A DNA stretch of 32,082 bases from Octopus sinensis (lineage: Eukaryota), in NCBI RefSeq assembly GCF_006345805.1, contig NW_021829642.1, positions 1 to 32,082 on the forward strand, read 5' to 3'. Below are positions 23,437 to 32,082 of this stretch, in pieces. Each line of letters opens with the position of its first letter. The stretch's first letter is position 1. The translations under genes were made by a program, and so were the position numbers. The notes beneath the pieces were generated by a model. That model did no database searches, was not told the origin of the DNA, and saw only the letters and a list, made by a program, of their open reading frames with translations.

Positions 23437-23469
<33 letters not shown>

Positions 23470-24418
23470 CTGTGTGCGCGCGCGTGTGTGTGTGTGTGTG
23501 TGTGTGTGTTCTTTTGTGTGAAAGCGTGAGTGTGTATGAAAGCGTGGTTTCGATTCTCAGACCAGGAAGTACATGGTGTTCTGAAGCAAGGACTTCTTAT
23601 CATTTGCTCTTCATCCATTTTAACGCCTGATGAGGAGCACGCCTTGCATCTGAACAAAGGAAGTTGGTTTTGATTGAGGGGGTGACTTGAAGTACAGGAC
23701 AAACATGTGATTACAATAAAAGAAAGTCATCTGTGCAAGTTGTTCGCAAAAACATTGCGGCCCCCTCAAGTGTTGCCTACGAGAGCACTTACGTATAAAG
23801 TTTTCAGGCCCTGATAGAATCAGATATTCAAATAGTAGAAGAAAAACCAAGAAAGAGTCGGGGATGGCGCACAAGTACACTCACCTTTTGTACTGACATA
23901 TGCGTAACGTACTTACTAAAGTAAATACAGATTTATCATTCTAGTTATTCATAAATTCACAAGTAGCTGAGAGAAATCATAACGTCTCTTCAAAGTCACA
24001 CAGGGGTTCACACATGACACGTACTCCACAGTCGACTATCGGCACCAGAACCAAGCGTATAGAAGGTACGCACACAAACACACACAAACACACACACACG
24101 CATACAAACACACATATATAAACAAATACGGCAAATACGTACATGTATACGCAGTTTAAAACACTTCTTTTTATGAATAAACCATTAAACCCAGATTTCA
24201 TACAAATCATTTTGACACACTATTCTGCCATTGACCTCCATCTTACCATTTCCTACAACACTTTCTCTGCCGCATTCCATTCTTTTAACATTCTCCGCAT
24301 TTCCCCTTAAATTTTAGAAGTTATTTCGTCTGATAATGCCAGATGTAGTTTTATTTCCTCTGTATGAAACGTTCGTGTGATTTTCCTGCTCTTTTTGGGT
24401 GTATATATATATATATAT

Positions 24419-24518
<100 letters not shown>

Positions 24519-24893
24519 TGTGTGTGTGTTTGTGTGTGTGGTGTGTGTGTGTGTTATATATATATATATATATTATATATAATAATGTATGTATGTATTG
24601 CTTATCTTTCATCTAAAGATGTTTTGATAGGTTTATTGGCAAACCTGCCCGAGTATTTTTGTTCATCTTTATGTATTATATGTTGAGCTTTTACATTATT
24701 AATGTGGTTGTTGTTGTCACTGTTGTGTCAGTTTTTTGTTGTTGTTGTTTGGTATTGTTGAATTAGAGGACTTCTTACTGTATATTTGACTGGCTGTTAC
24801 TATACACGCATATACTCTCATTTATGTATATACCTACGTATACACACACACCACACACACACACACACACACATATTATATATATATATATAT

Positions 24894-24937
<44 letters not shown>

Positions 24938-25033
24938 TAGATAGAATAGATAGATAGATAGATACATGTGTGAGTTTGTGTGAATATATATATAATTATA
25001 TATATATATATATGATATGTATGAATATATGAA

Positions 25034-25064
<31 letters not shown>

Positions 25065-25095
25065 GGTATATATATATGAATATATATACATATAT

Positions 25096-25145
<50 letters not shown>

Positions 25146-26029
25146 TGAAATGTATTTACCATAATTTAAAACAAATATATTGCGTAACTCCAAGTTTCAG
25201 CGTCGCCAGTCATGAAAATAGAGGTGATCGCCATCAGCTGTATAATCGCTGATATCATCTTCGAGATCATCATGATGAGCAGCATCATCATTATCGTCAT
25301 CAGCATCACCACCAGCACCAGCACCAGCACCGGCAGCAGAGTCGTCATCTTCCTCATCGTCACCATCGTTATAGTCGTCGTCGCCGTATCGACGTCGGTG
25401 TCGTTGTCGCCATTGTGATAGCTTGAAAGTCATTAAACGTAAAACGGATGACTTCTATGATTGTCTTCATTCAAATTTCTTTTCACATAACCAAAAGCAA
25501 TAGAGGGATAGTGTATAAACACATACACACATTCACACACTGTACACGCGGTAATGACTATTCGCACGTCCTCATATTAAACCACACACATACATACGTG
25601 CACGTACACTCGCACACTCGAAGACACACACAGGAGCTTGATATATGAGCAGTTATCAACACGCAGACAGATATTAAAAGACACACGCACGCACACAGAC
25701 AGACAACAGCACACACGCATACACACACACACAATAGTACATACACATATACGTCCAAGAAATACACACATATGCATACAAGTCCACGAACACACTCTCT
25801 CCGTCATCAACGTTTATATTGAAACTCCCAGATACGATATACTTATACTAGTAGCAATAGTTACTCACACAGACACACACACACACACATACATACACAC
25901 ACATACACACAGACACACACGTACACACACTATCACACACAGAGGGTAAAACATACATACAGGAAAGTACACGTACTCAAACTCAAATCAATTTATACTG
26001 AGATAATACAATTATATTTAAGAGAATGT

Positions 26030-26335
26030 GAAGACGCATGATTTAGTGGTTATGGGTATTCGGCTCATTATCTTAAGGTCATGGGTTCAATTAGCAGCAA
26101 GAAACTTTACTTCACATTGCTTCAATTCACTCACCCGGTAAAAATGAGAAGTACCTGTAATTTCAAAGGGCGCAGCTTTGCCGCATTCTGTGTCACACTG
26201 CATCTATCTTAGATCTACGTTAAGGGGGCGCCTGTTTATGAAATGCTCAGCCGCTTGCACGTTAATATCACGAGCAGGCAGTTCCGTTGATCGCATCAAC
26301 CGGAACCCTCGTCGACGTAACCGACAGAATGCCAG
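26030..26335 (+). mobile_element. tRNA-derived SINE with type C-like head and a different 3' body
   Basis: gcatgatttagtggtta A-box, gggttcaatt B-box, actttacttcacattgct...aaaaatgag shared with 19178-19420. Confidence 0.65.
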
Positions 26336-27084
26336 TTGTTTAAGAAATCAGTGATGACTCTCCAAAGTATTCTCGAAAGGTCATCAACCCTAATAAAACA
26401 CAAACTATAATAACTTGGCTATAATATTAATATGATTACTGCTCCCAGCTACTTGTGAATGCTGCTGTGTTTGTACCTCCCCTTGGTGCCTATCTAATTA
26501 TGGACATATCACAATACCGATGATGCAACGTTGGTTTTGGGACTGGCTTATAAAACCGTTGGTCCTCCAGGGCGAGCAGCGTTTGATCAACCATTTGCAA
26601 TTGTTTTCTGAGTTTTTTTTTTATCCCAGTTTAATTAACCGATGTTTTTCATCTGGTTTTCATTGTTGCTGCAGTGTTGGTTGTGGCATTAACTTGAAAA
26701 CTTTTTATGCTGCAAGAACCATCAGGGCTTAATTAACGAAAATGTTTGTTTTTTTTTCTTTTTGTTTAAATTTTTTTCCTTTTAATTAGCAATTCGGTGT
26801 TCGGCTTTTAATGTTGGCATCAATTAATTTGATCCATTCTATATTGCAAAGAGATTATACAACGTCCGAAGGAATGACTTTCTTTAGAAGTATGATAAAT
26901 TCTTTGAGACTATGCTCCGAATCAGATCCCTACTATTCTATATTCATGTGAGGGTTGCGTATTATAGAAACGTGCCTATCAGGGTTCTAGCCATCACAAA
27001 ATACCTGATGCATTGCAACCCCTAAAACAGCGGTTGGGTTACCACCTTTGTCTACCCTATAGGATAAAAGACAGAGTCAAGAAC

Positions 27085-27270
27085 CTCCCCGACTCTTATA
27101 GACTCATAAGGCCGGTTTTCCTGTTTACGTGGTGTATGTATTCCCCAATTGGACGGAAAGCCAGTCCGTCACGGTATTACACATTGTTGCTACCAAAGTA
27201 AACTCGAGAAACGTGAACTACACTTAAGGTATCATGAGTCCAAAACCTTATCCACAAAGCCACGCGCCAC
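27085..27270 (-). mobile_element. Degenerate SINE type C
   Basis: tggacgg...ccagtccgtcac and ccacaaagccacgcgcc are reverse complements of 19178-19420 landmarks. Confidence 0.75.
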
Positions 27271-27616
27271 ATTATACGAAAAAAGGAGCGTATTTTGTTG
27301 CCGTCATTAGGATCCTACAAAGATTTCCTGCAAACATCTACCTATGTACGTGCAGACTAGCAATCGCCTCTATTACTCCCATCAATCAGTAAAGGTGTAG
27401 AGGGATCTGCAAAGGCGGCAACCCTCGTTAACTGATTGACGTAATTAAATGTAGAAAGCAAGATGTCAATGAACCGTGTTTTTTTAAATCTTTCATACAT
27501 AATATCACAAATGAGAGAAGCCCAGAGAAGGGTCATACACCCTGTTCTTTTTGTCTCTCTCTCTCACACACAATACTTTAGTTCACCCCGCCCCCAAAAA
27601 AATCCCCCCTCAAATT

Positions 27617-27658
27617 ATAATAATAATAATAATAATAATTATAATAATAATAATGATA

Positions 27659-27713
<55 letters not shown>

Positions 27714-27883
27714 TTTTCTGAAAAAATGACATTATAAACCTTTGAAGAGATTCTGCATCATCTAAATCAAAAGAAGCAAAACAAAGAACTCATAGGAATA
27801 TATATATATATGTGAGTCTGTGTGTGTATGTATATACATATACATAGGGAGAGAAGTGAGATCAACAGATAGATAGATAGATC

Positions 27884-27919
<36 letters not shown>

Positions 27920-28281
27920 TATAGATCGATAGATAGATATTCGAATAGATATAAGTACTAAGATATATATACATATATATATATGTATGTATGTATGTAT
28001 GTACGTATCTATATAGATATATGATTATATATGCATATATATTATATAATATATATATGTAAATATATACGCATATATTTCCGTATATGTCTCTGAGTAT
28101 TTATATTTATGTGTATATATATATATATATATTATATATTTTATTATACGATTTTATTTTACGTTTTTTAAATATTTCCGTTATATATATACATATACAT
28201 ATACATATCTATATGTATATTATATATATAATATATATATATATATATAATACAGATATATGTATACATATCTATATGTAT

Positions 28282-28314
<33 letters not shown>

Positions 28315-28382
28315 TATATATTTATTTATATATACGTATAGAACATATACATATTATATGTATATATAGATATATATATATA

Positions 28383-28427
<45 letters not shown>

Positions 28428-28446
28428 TATATGTATACAATCTATA

Positions 28447-28493
<47 letters not shown>

Positions 28494-28520
28494 ATTATAT
28501 ATAATATATATATATATTAT
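27617..28520. repeat. (AAT)n, (GATA)n and long interrupted (TA)n tracts
   Basis: Directly visible. Confidence 0.95.
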
Positions 28521-28697
28521 GTAAGATCTTATTACATACATTGTAGTGTAAAAGCCAGTCAGCTGAAAGTGTTATCGAAAAGTCAATCAGTATAAAACAC
28601 ATCATTGATAAAAGACGACTTGCTTTCCCTTTTTTTCTTATTCTTTTTTGCATCGAGAATTTTCTTTACTTTTGGTTTGTTTTTAATCATTTTTTCC

Positions 28698-28751
28698 ACT
28701 CACCTGAAAGTAGAAAGAAAAAAGAGAAAAGAAAGAAAAATGATTCGTTAG
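28698..28751 (-). promoter_or_regulatory. Candidate recursive splice site (ratchet point), AG|GT junction between 28704 and 28703
   Basis: Minus strand CTAAC gaatca TTTTTCTTTCTTTTCTCTTTTTTTCTTTCTACTTT CAG|GTGAGT; stops in all three frames within 21 nt downstream. Confidence 0.6.
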
Positions 28752-29931
28752 ATGTTTCGTTGTAGCTTAAAAAATCAATAATAGAAGTTATAGACAATTA
28801 TAATAAATGACGCGGTCTGAAAAGAAAAAAAAACATATACCACATGTTATAATCATATATATATACATATATACACATTAGAATCACATGTATATATATA
28901 CACAGATATATATATATATATATATATAAACGTATATATACATACATATATATATGTTATATATACATATACATATCTCATTTCTATATACGTGTATATG
29001 TGTGAGTATATACATACATTGTGTGTGAGGCGGCGAGCGCGTTTGTGGATGTACGTATCTATGTATATATATATGAGGTGTATGTGTCTATGCTTTTGTA
29101 TGTTGTTCTCGATGTCGTTTAGTGCTCGTCAGTGCGTTATTAGTTTGCCAGATATAATGTAATTTCATTATACCTTTGCTCGTATGCATGGTTTAATCAG
29201 TCTCTTTCACACACTGTCTCTCGTTTCTCTTTTTCTGTCTCTTCCTGTGAAGATTCGTTGGAAAGTCGCCAACACAGGTTAATGAGGACACGCAATCAGA
29301 AACTACCCCATAGCAAGTGGTTCCTTTATGTCGCTTTGACTTCACAACACGCTTATAGAACTCATACGATCCAACATCCAATTTAGACACTTTATAAGCT
29401 TTCCTTTACACAGGGATTATACAAATGAATAAAAGTCGATGTTTCATCTGAGATCCTCCCTCTTTCACAGCTTATCCTTTTGGTTCCAGAACTGCGATTT
29501 AATGCATTTAAGGTTGTATAAGAACAGGGAGTTCCGGAATATTTCTCCTATATGCTACGCTAAATAGTCTACTGTGTCTCCCAGTTTGCACTGACTCTCT
29601 CGCCCTCCCACTTCATGCATATATATATAAAGAGCATTTCAATAGACGCACATGGGTCTATTGATATGGTCTTCCCATAATTAACAGGAATCTTACTGAA
29701 GAGCCAGCCTGAGTAAAGGAATATTATTTTTATTACTGAATTTGGCGAAACTGCAGTATAAGAAAAGCTAAGTTTGTAAAAGTTTTTAATTTTCATCTCA
29801 CTAAATTTATCCAGCTATTGTGTATCTAGTGCACTCTTCGCCTTGAATGTAATGATATATGTATAATATATGGCGTGTACTGGTACACCGGCGATTATAA
29901 TTAATTTTATTGTATCGCATTTAACTTTGTT

Positions 29932-29963
<32 letters not shown>

Positions 29964-30170
29964 AAAGTTAATCCAAACAAGAAAACACAAAAAAACACAA
30001 CAACGTGAGGACGTGGAACAAATATAGTATTATTGGACGCTCAGGAAAGAAGGAAAGAAGGAGGGCTTAACGTTTCGAGCGGAGCTCTTCGTCCGAAACA
30101 TAGGAGAAGGAAAGATCCAGAGAAGGGAAGGCAGAGGAAAAAAATCGCCAAAGGTACACACGAGGTCACA
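29964..30170 (-). mobile_element. ~210-bp non-autonomous element, Penelope-like pLTR-derived, copy 2
   Basis: Collinear with 9084-9300; flanked by (TA)n and (GA)n(GATA)n. Confidence 0.7.
30065..30099 (-). ncRNA. Minimal type I hammerhead ribozyme, core-mutated
   Basis: Minus strand GTTT CGGACGA A GAGC TCC GCTC GAAA C GTT AAGC; CUGANGA has U4 changed to G; palindromic ACGT stem III region. Confidence 0.6.
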
Positions 30171-30219
30171 TATATAATGAGAGAGAGAGAGAGAGATAGA
30201 AAGATAGATAGGTAGATAA

Positions 30220-30288
<69 letters not shown>

Positions 30289-30347
30289 CAGAGATAGATA
30301 GGTAGACAAATAGACAGATAGATAAAGAGATAGAGAGATAGATATTC

Positions 30348-30391
<44 letters not shown>

Positions 30392-30495
30392 ATGTAACCA
30401 ATGAAATTATCACTTTATCTAATCTTCAGGTTTTATTATTTGATATATTTACGATATTACAACTTTACACACTTTTACAATATTGAAATAAACTA

Positions 30496-30539
30496 GTCGT
30501 CTTCCACAATTGACAACCTTGTCAATTATAGAAAACAAC
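30496..30539 (-). other. 21-bp-arm hairpin / palindrome
   Basis: Arms 30496-30516 and 30519-30539: 17 Watson-Crick pairs and 4 C-A mismatches on plus, which are G-U pairs on minus. Confidence 0.7.
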
Positions 30540-30943
30540 AGCCACTACATTCATATATATATATATATATATATGCGTGTATATATATATTGTTTATCTA
30601 TCTATCTATAATATATATATATATATTATATATATATATATATATTCATACATACATACTTGAGGTAAGAGGTTCATCGCCTCAATATGTGTCTTATGTT
30701 TTAAATTATAATGGACTTCTTAGTCCCAAAACTTGTAAAATATTGTAAATTGTAAGAGAGTTATTACCACAAGATGTGTCTTTCTAAACGAACAATGTTA
30801 TAGAGTAGCAGAGGGTCGGCAGGCGCTTTCTGTCTTCTCCCATCTTTATCATCTTGTATCATTATCATTCGCCTCATCAATGTCTTGTCCAGCCCGCAAA
30901 ACTACCCATCTTTGTACTGCCTCTATAGCAAATTTGATAACAT

Positions 30944-31340
30944 AAAGTAGCTTGCTTACGAAACACATGGTTCCGGATTCAGTCCCACTGCGTGACACCC
31001 TGTGCAAGTATCTTCTACTATTGCCTCGGGCCGACCAAAATCCTTGTGAGTGGATTTGGTAGATGGAAACTGAAAGAAACCCGTCCTATATGTGTATATA
31101 TACATATGTGTGTGTGTATATATTTGTGTGTCTGTGTTTTTCCCCCAACATCTGTTGACAACCTATTTTAGTGTATTTACGTCCCTGTAACTTAGAGGTT
31201 CGGCCAAAGCGATCAATAGAATAAGTACTAGGCTTACAAAGAATAAGTCCTGGGGTCGATTCGCTCGACTAAACTAAAGGCGGTGCTCCAGCATGGTCAC
31301 AGTCAAATAATGAAACAAGTAAAAGAGTAAAGAGTAAAGA
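30944..31340 (+). mobile_element. Near full-length SINE type A
   Basis: Collinear with 4468-5070; tail gtaaaagagtaaagagtaaagag. Confidence 0.9.
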
Positions 31341-31394
31341 GTATATATGTGTGTGTTTGTATATATATATATATATATATACATACATTCATAC

Positions 31395-31435
<41 letters not shown>

Positions 31436-31835
31436 CGTCCACTCGTGACCGAGGAAGAGCATATATACATACATATATATATTTGTGTGTGTGTATATAT
31501 ATATATATGTGTGTGTGTGTTCATGTGTGTGTATGCATACATCTTTATATATATCCATAATTGCAAGCATACGGAAAGCCTGGAAAACAGAGAAAGGCAG
31601 GCATACAGTCGAACAGAGAACATAGATCAGTTAAGATAACACAGGTGGCGAGTCTACTTCAAACAGCTGTCATAAATCTTCAAAATGGCTGCGCTACGGG
31701 CGACGTGTCAGACACTGCGATTTCGTACATAAAAGTAGCATTCTTAAACTAAACAACGGATAATGTGTTGTGCAACAGTCCGTCGTAATATACTAGAATG
31801 CAGAAGAATAGATCCAGCCAACCATCCACACACAC

Positions 31836-31883
<48 letters not shown>

Positions 31884-32082
31884 ATATATATATATATATA
31901 GATATATATATATATATATATATATAAACATATATAATATGAATATATATATATATATATATAAACACAAGTATGTATGGATCTATATATGTGTATTCGT
32001 GAAAAGATGTTGGTCCTACGACAATTCATTGTTGCTTAACAATGGGTCGTTATGAAACAATGGCGTCCTCATTATTGCAACA

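Noticed and set aside
25197-25433. Acidic, Gly/Ala-rich minus-strand ORF (DDDYNDGDDEEDDD...GAGAGAG)
   Set aside because: Degenerate CAT/CGT/CAC trinucleotide tract open in several frames on both strands; no splice context

Overview
AT-rich, microsatellite-saturated eukaryotic non-coding DNA. The tRNA-derived SINE families and the (TA)n/(GATA)n/(CA)n load point to an octopus (coleoid cephalopod) genome; this is an inference from remembered repeat families. I recognise no protein-coding gene, and nearly all listed ORFs are translations of simple repeats. The window holds about 20 SINE copies or fragments of at least four types (several nested), two LINE ORF2 C-terminal relics (RTE-like and Tx1/L1-like), a 60-bp hAT-type mini element, a 90-bp-arm foldback and a diverged ~310-bp local duplication. 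The most interesting signals are four. (1) A minus-strand recursive splice site candidate: branch point, polypyrimidine tract, then CAG|GTGAGT at 28704/28703, suggesting the window lies inside a very long intron. (2) A ~210-bp element in two copies next to (TA)n tracts, each carrying a minimal Penelope-type hammerhead ribozyme with a different core mutation. (3) A tRNA-Glu-headed short retroelement inserted antisense into the microsatellite of another SINE. (4) Several RNA duplex candidates whose mismatches become G-U pairs only on the minus strand. Boundaries of degenerate repeats are approximate.
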